The notes below the pieces were generated by a model that had not been told where the DNA came from, made no database searches, and saw only the letters and a program-made list of their open reading frames with translations. From contig CM060733.1 in NCBI GenBank assembly GCA_030704615.1, forward strand, positions 55,986,001 to 56,050,000: 64,000 nt of DNA, read 5' to 3'. The stretch is from Takakia lepidozioides (lineage: Eukaryota; Plantae; Bryophyta). The position numbers and the translations under genes were made by a program. Positions 1 to 13,640 of the stretch are shown here, piece after piece. Within the stretch, counting starts at the first letter, position 1, and each line of letters opens with the position of its first letter.

Positions 1-1295
1 ATCTTGTTGGATCTCCAACAAGGCCTTGGGGATAGGCGGGATCTGTGCTTAGTACATATTAAGCAACAAAATGCAATAATCTTCCATCAGTCTCTTAGGA
101 GAGTGACACTGCACTGCCAGCTGATGGGACTAGGCCACTGTAAACTTTCTCCTGGAACTCCACTATGTGGGTATCTCAATTTCCAATAAAAGAGAATTTC
201 AAAGTGTTCTCACAGGTCCCTAGCTCCTTTGAATTGAAGGGCACGGCACTGATCTGTAAGCTTTACAACATCCACTGTGATGGTGGTGGAGGTTTCCTCT
301 CCACGGTCCCATCAAATAATTTCTTGCCTCTCATTCTCCATGATGGTTGAGAGGGCACTGACCCCTTATATTAATAGGGTTTCAGGTTCAAAATATGCAG
401 GAATGAACAAAGAACACTCCAGGCTTCAAGGGTGTGCTTCAAATTCTACTAGTGCTTTACAAGATCCGGAAGAGCTCTCCAATCTACAGGGATGCAGTGT
501 GGTTTAGGGAGGGTTTGCATGTTGGATTACTGAGGAATGAACTAAATGGATCTTCAGGCTGGCTTTGAGCTGTTGCTACATATGCTGGCTGGAAAGACAA
601 AGAAGGGATCATGTGCAGGCTGGAAAAGCAGCGGTCCAGCACCTGAAAGTACCCGGGGTCTTGAAAAATGGATCATATTGTGCTCTAAAGTGGTCATACA
701 GATCCACTGCCACACAATTGTCTACATACATTCCGTGGATACTTAACCACAACAGCTAACCTCAAGAATACAACCCATTCTTCCCAATTGTGCATGATAG
801 AAGCATAAAAGCAGAAATGCTCATGTTGTCCAGAAAGCTGACAGAGCATAAGGGTGCTGCATTCCCTGTACAACATAAGTATTTCTCACATGTTTAGAGA
901 GAAAAGAGAGAAGAGGACGGCGTAACTAAGAGCCACTTCACCTTTCCCCTTTTGGAGGAGGGCCCTCTATTCACGGGTTTAATTGTGTTCCAACCTCTTG
1001 CCCATCTTTCGTTTCACAGAGAATGCTCGGAAAGGCAAGAACAAAGCTCAAAAACTGTGACTATTTCTGACATTACTCTTTGATTGCATCTACCTATCAT
1101 GCATACCTTCTTAGCACTGAAGAAGCAGCTGAGAGCTTTGACAGGAAAAATCCCATGTAGATGTGTCTATCAAATTTTCTCCATTCCCTTAACCAATTAG
1201 TACTTGCAAGTCATTGTGTCCATTATAGGACTACAGAGTTTGGTTACTGTTGTGAAGCCTTCGCATCATAAGCTAGTCCAGAACCAGACGTCTCC

Positions 1296-2925
1296 TCACT
1301 CTTCTTCCAAATTGATAGAATCATTGAACTTGCTGTATAGAATCTTCTTGAGCTCAGCCATCTTGGCAAGTACTTGCTCCTTCTCTTCAACTAACTTCTT
1401 CAGTTCTTGGCTGGTCTCATCTTTAAGTGTTTCTAGTTGTTCCTCCACCTATGCACAGGCACCATACCAAAATATGCACATCATTGTTTCTTCAAAATTG
1501 CTTCAGAAAAACTGATTTTGAAAACTTTAAGTCAGGCACTCAATACCCAACATGTCAGTGCCTCACACTAGTAGCTTCAATCCAAAATCTGAGACAGATG
1601 ATGAATTCAAAATCTCAAGTAGCAGGTGTGAAGACACCCTCAACTGATGTTATTATCACATGCATAACACAAATGGGTGTGGGGACTTCATTGTAGCACT
1701 TGCCAGGCGAGGTCTGCTGCAAATGAATGTAGGAGAACAGAATGATAAGGCTTAGTGGCGAGGCACAAATGTTGTCTAGACTGACTTAAGCAATGAGTGT
1801 GACCTGATTACAACTTCTATGTGGATGAGGGCAATACGATGTATAAAAGTGAGAATTTGAGCAAGTTTAGAGCAGGTACCTCGTCTTTGGGCATGTGGTT
1901 GAACACTTCACCTATCTGATACCTCACTTCTTCCTCATCGGCTAAAATAAGCTCGTTACTCGCATCCTCTAGATCGTCTGCCATATCCTGAACTCACAAA
2001 CATCCAATCGTAAAGCTCACTCAGCTCTGTCTAACACTGAAAGAGACAAGGAAAAGAAGGCGAACAGCAACACAATGTCAACATTGGAACATTGTTTACT
2101 CCCTGCTGGGCAAACTTTTCCAACAGGCGTATTGACACAAGGAAATTAACAGTAACAGCTTGAACCTTAGAGAGCTTCAGCACTGGATCGATCTGTGCTC
2201 ATGGCTGCACAAGATAAGCTTCTTAAACTCCAAATGCTAATCAGGACTCATAAAGATGGATGTCAAGCTTGTCCTAAGGCATTCACGAGCACTTGCACGA
2301 CTTGGCGCTCCGAGAATGAGAACGAACAAAGAATTGATATAAGAAACTTCTCCACAGAGAACACAAAGATAATAAAGGCCTTGCAACGGCGACAACCAGT
2401 GTCCAATTTCAAAGAAGTGCTGACCAGGGTAGGTTCAATCAGTCAAGAAAAGGGGAAATCAAACCCAATGGTGCTTTCTCAGATAGTCCGCTATTGATCC
2501 TCAAGACTCAAGGATAATGTGTTAAGAAAAATATAGCTTACTGTTCTCGAGAAGAAGAGCTGTCTCCAACGAAAGTATTGCTCTACTGAAGGCTAAGGTG
2601 TAGTTCACCTTCTTTGCCTTAATGTCATCTTCAAGTTCATGGAACTTATTGTTGAGGCGGCCAAACATGTTGATGTTCTGCTGATCCTCCCATGTCACCA
2701 CCGTCTCTACTCCATCACCCTGCCATCCCCACAGTTCGCACATGGTCTTAGTTTTAACTAAGACTTAAATGAAAATCTCTTCAGGAAACACAGCGAACCC
2801 GAGATATGAAGTCACGAACGCAAGAAAAGAAGAACAAACCGAAGGATGACCAGGGTACAAGACCTTCTGGAGAATTTGTGCAGAAATCCTGGCTGCCAGA
2901 GTCTCTTTCAAATTACCTGCTGCAT
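1296..2925 (-). CDS. PFD4: Prefoldin subunit 4, 4 exons: 2925-2917, 2719-2609, 1987-1880, 1448-1296 (126 aa)
   Basis: Spliced translation MQQ|[37 protein letters not shown]|[36 protein letters not shown]|[11 protein letters not shown]...[21 protein letters not shown]. All introns are GT-AG. Matches plant prefoldin 4. Confidence 0.95.
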
Positions 2926-3746
2926 TGTGAGCCAAGTTGCACGAAAGATCTGCGAAAAAACTCCGACCCAAGACAAAACTCAGACCCGTAATTCCACTGG
3001 CTGGAGGCAAGTCCAGACTCCAAATTCATGTGCAGGAAACGGCCGATGGACCTGCGCTTCTTCCTGAACATGCGAAGTAACCACTTTAGGGTCACTCCGA
3101 ACTCTGTTAACTGGCGTTCGGAAATGTCCATCCAAATGCTTTTGGGTTTCCAACCATGTATTTAACAACCCAGACTCCCTGTGAAGACCCGCACATGTTA
3201 CATGCTACGCTTCTTCAAGGTCACTCTCATTCTTCTTTGCCGGCCCAATCCAACCTGGATCATTCAAGAAAGATCAATTTCTTTCAGCAGGTAGAGAAGT
3301 AAAAGAGGTTTTGAGTGACAGTAGTAGCAGGCTCCTCTCAGATTTCTGTCTAAAACATCTGCATCAGGCCTTCAATGTTACAATGTTGAACTATTTCACA
3401 CTGCATTTCTGATACAGTACACATCAAGAGGAATCCTTCAAATATTCGGCCTCTAAGACTCATTAGTGATCCTTTCTGAGTATTTTGATTGGTTGGACAT
3501 TTTCTTTCCCCTTGGGCCAATTGACATTGGAGCAGACAAGGTAGAAAGCAGTCCTTGCGGTTTTGGTGTAAGTACTCACTTTCCCTTTTATGTTGGGGGA
3601 AGTGAATAGGTGATCGGCCCAAGGAAAAAGCATCGAAGAACTGGAAGGAACAGTCTCTGGTAAAAGAGAGGGAGAGGGGTAGGTAGATCTGAGCCCACAA
3701 TCGCCCAGGCAGTTGGAGCGTGTGGCTGTGCGATCGATCGCGCATC

Positions 3747-6393
3747 ATGGTAATCTTTCTGACAAACCCATATTGTTTTGTATCGTAGATCTTCTGGACA
3801 TGGGTGTTCTCTCTGTTCTTAGCTTGTTATGGACGACGTGCTCACGATGGGTTTTCTGTAGCAGCTGTGAATTCTTGTGTTGAAGGCTATGGTCGTGTGG
3901 GATTGAGATTCTGCACTTGTAAGGGGTGCAGACGGCCTAATGACCTTCACAGCAAGCATGCCTCGGCACTTGTTTTACAACCTATCGTAACCGGATTAGA
4001 TTGGAAGATGAGGACAACGAGAACGAATAACGTTCAGGTTTCTGACCTTGAGAATCTTCGTATAGAGAGATGGGAACAAAAGGTTGGGTCCATTATTGAT
4101 TCGAGATTTGGGGGCTTTCGAGCAGATTCACTTCGTATTGCTGATCAGCCGGCAGGGCAAAGTAAGGCTGACTAAATGGTACTCACCCTACACCCAGAAA
4201 GAGCGGACCAAGGTACTTACGCTTTCTATCAGCTTCTGGTGAACTCTGTCTGAGCTCTTCCGTGCAATGGTCATAGGCTAGCGGCACTTATCCTGTCTTG
4301 ACGTCTCTTGTCTCAACAATTAGGTTGGCTGCCATCAGGCCCGGGTTGGTTGAGGACCTAACTATTGAGTGATGGTATAACTGGATAGATTAAGAGTGAC
4401 TTTGGCTAGATGAATGTGTTTCCTTTCGCTGATGCATTTATCCCTATTCCAGTGGCAGAGATATGAAGATGTAGGTGCATGCAGCTTGTCTTTGAAAACA
4501 GGATGAGGGTGCATTTTAATTCTCTGGTCATCTTTTGTCAGTTGCTATTGCTTGTGCTTGAGGTAGCTAATGTTGGGCTTTTTTGTGTAGGTCATTCGGG
4601 AGCTGAGTGGCATGATACTTACCCGGGGTCCGAAGCTGTGCAACTTCATTGAGTGGAGGGGCCTTAAGGTGGTCTACAAGCGGTAGCACTCTTTTCCTCA
4701 TGTTAATCATGACTTTCTCTCAACACAGTTGTGTCTGGAGGGTTAGCATCCAGGGGCAGTGTGCCCTCAGGGTGGATAATAGCCATTGAATTGTCAGTTA
4801 GTACATCACTTTCCAAATTGGGGCACAGGGTCGATGGCAACAACCTGAGGCCAAGGACAGCTTTATGAGGACATCTGCCTCTCTCCTGTTTTCTAGGAAG
4901 TGGACCTGTCTTTGTTGAACTTACAGCTAAATGCTGTGCTGGTCTGTGTGCGGTTGCAGGTATGCAAGTCTGTATTTCTGCATGTGCGTGGATGAAGATG
5001 ACAATGAGTTGGAAACTCTTGAGATAATTCACCACTTTGTGGAGATTCTTGACCGCTATTTCGGAAATGTGAGTCTATATATTTGAAGGAATGGAGGGAG
5101 TTACAAGGAGAGAGAAAGGGGAAGCAGGGGGTACAGGACAAGACTGTGTGGGTTCACATGCATAGGCACAAGCCTCAGTAGCAAGTGGTGGGGGGGAACC
5201 CATATATCTAGTCGGCAATTGCTTATTTGATGGTAGAGGATGTGCCCCTAGCTGGAGAGGGTGTTAAGTTTTAGGGTGACTCCTGGAGTGTAGAACAAAA
5301 GGTATTTTATTATCAACTGAAATAGAGATTGTTCCGAACTGTGCTAATCTACTTGTGGTGTTGCAATGAACATGGCAGGTTTGTGAACTGGATCTCATCT
5401 TCAACTTCCACAAGGTTTGTCATCTCTTTACCCTCAGTTGCATAGTTCTAGTTGCTGGATTGAGTGGACTATTTCCTGAAACCTATCCTGGTAGAATTCC
5501 CAGCAAGAAGCACTGATCGTACGTTTATCGGTGCTTGTGATGTAACAAAGTGCAATCTGAAAGAGCATAGTCTGTATGGTTGCAGTAGTTGGCTTTCTGT
5601 TCAGAAAGGCTCATTGTACACCGACAAACTTGAGGCCCCTCTATGAATAAAGTGGCATTAATGTGGAATAAGCTAAGTAAGAAAGCTTTTGTAATATACT
5701 GATTGATGGAGATTGAATGGCCATGGATTTGTTAAAACTAGGATGTGAAAACGCTCACTTTCCCTATTAGGCTACCAATCCATCTTTGAGTTTGGGAAGA
5801 CACAACGGTGGGGCATCACATATTGTTTGGAGAAATCAGTCATTGACTTATTAAGGCATGTCACTCTGGGCTTGCAGGCCTACTACATCCTGGATGAGGT
5901 TCTTATAGCTGGAGAGCTGCAAGAGTCCAGCAAGAAGTCTGTGGCCCGTGTCATTGCAGCTCAGGTAATATGGGAGTCCACCTCCTTTGTTTTTCTGTGT
6001 GGTTTCTCCTTCCTTCCTCCTCCTGATGTACGAGTCCCTTCTGTCTGTCATCGTCCTATGAGAGGCTGTTTCCTTCTGTGGAATTCCCTACTCTGTTCAA
6101 TGTTGCTGTAAGTTGAGAAGTGGCTGCCATACTTGTTTGAGCACGTGCTCTTTCCAGTTGGTATCCAACTCCACCCTCTATCACTACTGATGTCCCAATA
6201 GCAGATCAGTACAAGGCTTCATATGAGAGTAGTCATTTGCTAGTATTGCATTTCGTGTGTAACAAGTGATAGCCATCGCGGTGTACTGGTCAAATGACAT
6301 CAGAAATTTGACTTGTGGCAGGACACATTGATAGAAAATGCAAAAGAGCAAGCAAGTTCACTCACCAACATTATTGCCAATGCCACCAAGTAA
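3747..6393 (+). CDS. AP1S: AP-1 adaptor complex sigma subunit, 7 exons: 3747-3749, 4126-4212, 4591-4682, 4960-5068, 5379-5414, 5878-5964, 6322-6393 (161 aa)
   Basis: M|[29 protein letters not shown]|VIRELSG...VVYKR|[36 protein letters not shown]|[12 protein letters not shown]|[20 protein letters not shown]...; canonical splice sites, 486 nt in frame. Confidence 0.96.
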
Positions 6394-7350
6394 CGTGCCT
6401 GTATATTTGAGCCTCTTTAGTTGTGTTTCCACTGTCCCGAACTCTTCTATGGATCAGGGAAGTGTTTAGGGTAGTAGGTTTCTGGTAACATATTCAATGA
6501 TTTGAGAGTTCATTTTATCATAGCTGCTTACATGCTCTATGTTTGTGGTGACTCGCAAGTATCCATCCCGAGCTTCAGCTCCACCTAGTAGGTTGATGCA
6601 CTTCTGAAAGGTTCTCAACATTAGATAATTTTTTTTGTCATTAGGCCTCTCAAGGAGAATACGCTCTTACCTCAATAAGATCAACACTGCTTAAGCTTCT
6701 GCTTGTTTGCAATTGTCATTCGGGATGAATGGGGTATCTGCCCTTACTGCTGCACAGTGCTTCACGTTGAGCCAATCAGGCTCCTCCCTTTGGATCAGCA
6801 AATAGTGTAATCACCACAGTGAGCAAACATGTGCATGTAATCTTGACATCTCACCAGCTCTGGGTTCTTAAAGGTGTGATCTGTGGCAGCCGTTAGGGGT
6901 TTTCAAAATTTGAAGTCAGAAAGTGTTCTTGCTTGAGCTGTCCAGCATCAAAGTTGGTCAGGACCTTGGTATGATTCATCATGGTGCCCTGCTCTAAAAC
7001 CCCTACTTCGGAACTAGCCATGCAACCAGCCCATGGCACCAAGTAAGTGGGGTGATTGGTGCACTATGAATGGTACGCCTAGATTCAGTCCATATAAATA
7101 GCCACTTTGTCTTGTCAATTGGCTGTGGCTCCAAGTCAGAAGCTGGCATTGTGTCATCTGTGAATTTGGAGACTACTGGAATTGTGTTTGATATTGGTTG
7201 GAGAATACCCTTCTTGACATGTATGCTCAATGTGGGAGCTTAAAGGGTGCACAATCAATCACAGCTGCACCAGATGTGGTCTCATGTGGCGCGATGATTG
7301 CTAGATGAGAAGACTCCTTGTTCCTCATGTGCTAATGTTGTATTCATCAG

Positions 7351-7785
7351 GATGCACTGGTCAAGTGCCTTATCAGAAATTTGACTTGTCCCCGCACACA
7401 TTGACAGACAATGCAAAAGAGCAATCGCTTTCACTCACCAACAGCATTGCCAATGGGATTGAATGTGGAATAAGCCAAGTAAGGAAGATTTTTCATTTCC
7501 TGGTTGATGGAGATCGAAATGGCCATGGATTTGTAAAAACCATCACGTGGAAACACTCACTTCCCCTATGAACCTACAAGCCATCTCAACGACATTATGA
7601 CATTTGAGTTTGGACGACACGAAGGGGGGAAGACACGAAGGGGCCATCACATTCTGTTTGTAGGATACTCAGTCATTGACTTAATGAGTAAAGCTTGTCA
7701 CTCTGGGATTACAGGTCCACCACATCCTAGATGAGGTTCTTAAAGCTGGAGAGCACCAAGAGTACTCCAGCTAGAAGTCCGTCCA
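7351..7785 (+). pseudogene. Rearranged partial duplicate of the AP1S 3' end (intron plus exon pieces)
   Basis: About 7351-7455 aligns to 6281-6382 (intron end plus last exon). About 7462-7785 aligns to 5660-5942 (intron plus exon 6). Both are diverged and in swapped order. Confidence 0.88.
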
Positions 7786-8279
7786 TTCTGTGGATTTCTT
7801 GAACTGTGCATGAGCTCTTCACATTCTGGCCATCACAATCGTGCTGAAGATGCAAAAGAAACACTTAACTGCTTGCGATTCTCTTCACTCTTCTTGCTCT
7901 CGCGAATGAGTCTCCGCAGCCCACAGTGTGTCAACGAAGAGAGAGAGAGAGATGACCAGTGACCACTGAGAACACGTGGCACCCAATCTTGTACAGGTGG
8001 CAGTCAGGTATCGGCAACTGGTATGGCCTCCTGACCTAACTACAGCTCTGGCTGTTCACACCGCCACCCGTTTACACGTCCAATACGGTGCTAGCATGCA
8101 TGTGGAACGGCGCTTCACCGTATTGTACATAAAAGGGTGGCACATACGGCTGCAGCGAGGCCCAAGAAGGCGGGTAAAGAGTTGCGAGAGAGAGACAAGA
8201 GAGAAGGGGGAGGAGGCGAGATTGTTATATTGTTCGTGTTCGAGATTAGGGTTTGGTGGCGGGGGCGAAGGGAAGAATC

Positions 8280-11200
8280 ATGAGCACCGAGAAGGTGAGG
8301 GCGGCGCACTTGCTGGTGAAGCACGAGGGATCGCGAAGGCAGGCGTCATGGCGTGACCCGGATGGACACGTTATCAAGGCCACCACACGGGCTGCCGCTG
8401 TCTTCAAGCTGCGCGGCCTGAGGGACGACATCCTTAGTGGCAAAGCAAAGCTGGCGGACCTGGCCGCTAGCAATTCGGATTGTAGCTCTGCGAAACGGGG
8501 CGGCGATCTTGGTTTGTCCCGCCCTGGTTTTGTTCCTCTCTGTGCTTTTTTTGCGGTATTTTGTAGCTGTAGTGAAGAAATAGGACGGGGTTGGGATCTA
8601 GGTGTTGCAAGGTATGGCGAACTTAAAGGAGGTTTTGATAGAGAGGGGAGATGTGATGGGATGGTTAGGAGGATCTCTGTGGTCCGTATGTATGGATCCT
8701 TTTATATGAACAGATCTGCCACAATAGTTATGGCGGCAGTGACACCGACAGCAATTTGGGTGACGGTTTTAGTTCCTCTCCTTGTGGATGCTTGTCATGG
8801 TTTAATTTATGTTTTGGAAAAGAAAAATCGATTAACCGGCAGCAGATAAGAGGGAAAGGAAAAGCGGCACACATGCCCAGAAAACTAGGTCATAGCAAGA
8901 TTCACAAGGGGGGAGATTGAGACGGCTTGCATGTATGGCCCTGAAAGATCTCCGTCCTGTAGCCACAGTTATTAGAGCTTCTGAAACATTTTGAGATTTG
9001 CTTGCCTGTGGTTTTTTGCTGTGAATTGCTGAACGTCTGATGTCTTGATCTTCACTACATGTCCACAGAGGGTACAGACAGAAGTCATTTGTTTTTAAAG
9101 AGGGAGCTCCTTTAGCATAAACCGACAGACATGTACAGTTTACAAGCTTCCATATATTCATGCTAGTAGTGCTTATATGTAGCATGTGTAAGCAAAAGAG
9201 GGAATTAACGCTTTCTGTGATCCATCTTGGAGTTCCGTCAGAGTGGCTTAGACTGCCATGCTTAGCATATTATCGGTGATAAGGCACTCTAAGATAGGGG
9301 AAGGATAAGCATCCAAAGATTTGTAGTACCTGCGGAATTTTAGGGGAGACAACCTGCTGGGTCCCTTGTCACGTCAGGTCCAGTAGCCTCCGTCATTTAG
9401 ACATGATGTACAGTGAAAGGATTTGTATTTCAGGAGTGCTCCTCAAGCTTAAATGCAGCGGTATAATAGGGCGAAACTTGTGAACAGGAATGCAGAGACA
9501 GTGTTTTGGTATGAGTTCAATCTATGCCTTCATTAGACCATTCAGTCAACGTTCGGTCTTGTACTTTTAGGCTACGAGACTCCCGTAATTGATACAGGTG
9601 TCCAATCTTCTGTTTGGGACAATTAGTTGAGCTCACGACATGCAACCCACACATCATACAGACCACGACTCCTTGTAGGACATAGAATGGGTTTGGAGTT
9701 TGTTACGCCTCACAATTTATACATCACAATTATGTGCTCTTTATGGAATCACTGATGATAAGACACAATTACGTCACTAAAGATTGTGATTATCTGCAGA
9801 TAATCATCTAATGGGAGTGATTATGGTTTTGGATTCGTCGGATTTAGATCTAGTCAGAGAAATCCAGAGTATGGACCATTTCATGTGCCTGAATGGTTAC
9901 TATGTGTCTGACTTGTACTGTAGGAAGTGTCTTCATGGTTGCTTGGGCCTCAACGTATGTAGATTGGGTTTTACATAGTTGGGAGTGTGTAGTGTGAACA
10001 GAAGAAACAAAAAACAAAGCCCTTCCCCGCCCCTGTATATTCAAATCTCTATCTATTGCTGTTTTTGTAGAATAGCATGCAGGGACCTCCTCCCATGTGC
10101 ATCAAGGAAATTCATTTTTAGACGTTACCACAAGTTGAGTTGTATTAGTATTGCTGGTTGCATAGTAATGTTCAAGTGAAAAAAAGTCTTACCTGGTCAA
10201 GGTGCTAATAATATTCTGACACTGCTGCTGGTCTGTGGTGGCGAAGCCACAGGTTAGATTTTATAAGGTTCTGAATCTTTGTGGCCAGGTTGGGCAGCGG
10301 AGGGTGGATGAAGGGGAGGTGCATCTTTGATTTATTAGGATGGGTTTGAACATGAAGAACCCAATGTGGAGGTATCTTCTTTGTTTTTGTGCACAAGTAG
10401 GCAGGTGCTGATTCTGCGGCCAGCGACTTCCAGTCATCAAAACATTGGTGTTCCAAGTTTTCCGGAACTGCGTGGCTGTAAATATGTAGAGCACTTTCTC
10501 TGTGTAGGATAGTCCTGTTAGGGCACAGAGTGGGAGGTGTTGTTGAAGAGGTTGCAATGGAGAGCAAGGCCCTGCTAGTCCTACCTGAAATGTGGCTATC
10601 TTTGTAGAATTATTAATGACTTGAGAGTGTATATAATTTTGGTGGCGACTTATTGGAAATGCACTGGCTGTAAAGTTACCGAACTTGGAGGTCTGTTGGC
10701 TTCACATTTAAAAAATGGCTCTCTTTAAGACCCGAGCATCACCGGTGTTGCAGCTGTTCGAAGAGATGTAAACCAGTTAGTTTGTGCTTGTCTAAAAGTG
10801 GCCAAAAACCCAGGTTGGCAAGAGAATAGAGGAGGTGGAGAGAATAGGGAAAGCTTGTGTAGAAATAGAAAGGGAGGGTACAGGGTGGACACTTTGTGTT
10901 GGATACTTACTGTGACTATGTATGAAGCAGAAATTGTGCAGCAATGCTTCACATGGTCAAAGTGGCATGGGAATATAGGTGGGGTATGCATGCTCTGGAT
11001 GCAAACGCCAGGCAGTGATGGGTGAATCCTAAATATGATTGAAGTTCAAGGCAGAAAATGTGCAGCATTGCTTCTCACTGTAAAAGAGGCGCCAGAATGT
11101 TGGTCATACGCATACCTTGGATGCAAATGCCAGGGAAGGATTAGACAGGCAGAGAGATAGTCAATTTTTTTTCAAGTAACAACACTAATACAGTTGGTAT

Positions 11201-11605
11201 TTTGGCATGAGCACCCTGTTCTGACACCAAGGGAAAGTGAAACCTCAGCAACCACTTCTCTGGTCAGTGGGTGAAACACCCTATGCATCTCCAGTCTGCC
11301 ACAAAATGGTAGCAGGGACGAAAAAGTCTCAGATGTAACACCTCCTTTCACAGGGGCTGGATATGTGGATGTTTTCAGACATGCACTGGGAAATGCTTCT
11401 TCATGCATGCATTACTTCTTATGCAAGCATCCAAGGTGCAATGTTTGCTGATATTCAACTGGTGTGTTCTCATGTAACAGGCTGGTTCAGCCGGGGCCAA
11501 ATGCAAGAGCCCTTTGAGAAGGCAACATTTGCGCTCAAGGTGGGCGAGTTGAGTGACATTGTGGAGACTGACAGTGGTGCGCACATCATTCTCCGGACTG
11601 GCTGA
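8280..11605 (+). CDS. PIN1: Pin1-type parvulin peptidyl-prolyl isomerase, no WW domain; exons 8280-8511 and 11481-11605 (118 aa)
   Basis: [29 protein letters not shown]...[13 protein letters not shown]|[40 protein letters not shown]; one phase-1 GT-AG intron of about 3 kb. Confidence 0.95.
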
Positions 11606-12875
11606 CCACAACCATCCTTTAGTGTTCTTTCCTACATATGCAAGTGCTGGAAAATCCAGCTCCTGGATGCTCTGTATGGTGAGAATGTGTGATCTCCCTA
11701 GTATTGGTAGTTCCGTTCCTATGTGTGAGTTTTGGAACATGAGGACCTGGTTAAAAGCCTATATTCCTCAACTCTGATGCAGTATTGAAGCAAGTTCTCT
11801 ATTCTGGTCATGCATTTTTGGCTAAAGTGCTTGACTTTGATCTGTTCGTCCTTTGTGAATCTATCACCGTGTTGACATTTACTGCAATTTGTTGCCTGAT
11901 AACTTGGGTCTGTGGGCAAGTTCACTCTCCCATACTGTGGAATCAAGTTAAAGTTACTGGTGTATGATATCCATCTTGAGATGTGTTCACATACTTGATT
12001 GGTCCATCAGTGTTTGACAACTTTGGAGCTGGATATGTCCATTGTAAGCTGTATAAAATCTGATTTGCATCAATAAAGCACTTCCTTCATCTTGGGTCAT
12101 TCCTTCGAGTGAATGCATGCATTGATGTGCACTCCTGCATATGGAGAGTCTTTACTGTATGAGATGTAGATTGTCTTTCCAGGCATTGGGACTAAATCAG
12201 TTCGTTTCTATGGAATAGAAGTGCCCCATAGAAATGCACAGAACTTTTGAGCCAAAACAAGTATACTTTTTGTGTGTATCCAGAAGATTACATGCTGAGA
12301 GTCAAGAGACCCACCCCATGTTTCGTCTGTCTAATCTGTAGGGATGAGGATGGTGGCGTACTTGCAGAAATATTCCAGCAGAACAGTTCAATTTTACATT
12401 TAGGGCAAGTTCGTTGACTCTCATCAATGTGTGCTGCTCAATGTGAGCAGAAATAGAGGACTGACATCTTCTTCCGTGTCATCTTTGGACCCAGGCTAGC
12501 TTGAGAGTGAGGTACAGGTAGAGATGCAAGAGAGTCTCGTAAACTAAGCAAAATCATGAAGGTGATAAGCACGCTTACTAATGACTTGAGCATCAGAACT
12601 CATTCCGATACAAATTTGATGCTAACAGAGGAGCTTCAACTGCTCCACGTTTGTATCATCTTCAACGTGTTTAGCAAGTGTTGGATCGTTTCTGCTTTCC
12701 GTGCGTATAGTTTAAATGTATGTACACAGGAGGCGAGGGGGAGGAAGAGTGGAGGCTTTTAACTTTTGACCTACTCCCTAATCTGGACTCAAATTCACGA
12801 GATCAACTTTCACACGCGAGAAACTCTCTCGTATAAAACAATGAACCAAAGCTTATAGACAAATCTGTGACATGT

Positions 12876-13430
12876 TTAATCCCCCTTCAAACGCTCGGAT
12901 ATGTCTACATTGTCTTGTTTCCCCTGTCTCCCAAAGGCAACCTCTTCCAGGCTTTGGCCTTGCCTTCGGTAGCGGCCCCCTGCCTGCACAAAGGATGGGC
13001 AAGGTCTGTAAGCCTTGATGGGCCACCACCCAAATCCTGGCACTGCTCCAATCCCCCCTTGTATCCTTCCCTCTCCGTTACACCCTCTCTCCTTCTCTTG
13101 CTTCCCGCACGCCTGGCACGCCGTGGAATCCAGCACCGGGCCTTGCTCCGGGGTACTAGGGCTTGAGATTGCTTGCACCTCAGTATCTTTCGTGGAAGTG
13201 ACGGTCTCTTGCTCTGTTGTAGATGTTGAAGCCACCACCCCCTCACTTGCTCCGCACACACCAAGGAATTCTAAATGCCTCCCATCGGACCTGAGTCTAT
13301 ACCTGAATGCCTTGGGCCTGAGCCCAGAGCCATTTGAGAGACGCCTGCAATCTCTTCGTGCAGACGTAGGATTCGAGAACACAGTATGAGCGCAGAGGGA
13401 ACCCACTGTCGTCAAGACAGTGCCCGCCAT
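12876..13430 (-). CDS. Single-exon, probably plastid-targeted small protein with a DnaJ-like Cys-rich motif (184 aa)
   Basis: Ser/Arg/Thr-rich N-terminus, then CQACG...GCNGEGRIQGGIGAVPGFGWWPIKAYRPCPSFVQAGGRYRRQGQSLEEVAFG, a block I recognise as conserved in green plants. Confidence 0.85.
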   Translation of the reverse strand: MAGTVLTTVGSLCAHTVFSNPTSARRDCRRLSNGSGLRPKAFRYRLRSDGRHLEFLGVCGASEGVVASTSTTEQETVTSTKDTEVQAISSPSTPEQGPVLDSTACQACGKQEKERGCNGEGRIQGGIGAVPGFGWWPIKAYRPCPSFVQAGGRYRRQGQSLEEVAFGRQGKQDNVDISERLKGD

Positions 13431-13559
13431 AGCTCACTCGTTCCTACTCCGCCAGACGACCCGCAAACATCACCTCTCTCATCTTCTTTCCTGTTCGCCA
13501 GTCGCTATTCACTCTTTTTTGAGCTAAGAGAATTTTTAAACACATATCTTCCATCGGCC

Positions 13560-13631
13560 GGGCATTTGGTCTAGTGGTATGATTCTTGCTTAGGGTGCAA
13601 GAGGTCGCGAGTTCGATTCTCGCAATGCCCC
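13560..13631 (+). tRNA. tRNA-Pro(AGG): tRNA-Pro, anticodon AGG
   Basis: GGGCATTTGGTCTAGTGGTATGATTCTTGCTTAGGGTGCAAGAGGTCGCGAGTTCGATTCTCGCAATGCCCC. Acceptor stem GGGCATT/AATGCCC, anticodon stem CTTGC/GCAAG, T-stem GCGAG/CTCGC, intact A and B boxes. Confidence 0.97.
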
Positions 13632-13635
13632 TGCC

Positions 13636-13640
13636 TTTTT
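13636..13640 (+). terminator. Pol III oligo-T terminator of the tRNA gene
   Basis: TTTTT 4 nt after the discriminator base. Confidence 0.75.

Noticed and set aside
1598-1647. C/D-box-like ATGATGA...CTGA in a PFD4 intron
   Set aside because: Antisense to the host gene, only about 50 nt, no recognisable guide.
8512-8849. Read-through extension of the PIN1 exon-1 ORF
   Set aside because: Intron sequence after the GT donor at 8512; parvulin homology resumes at 11481.
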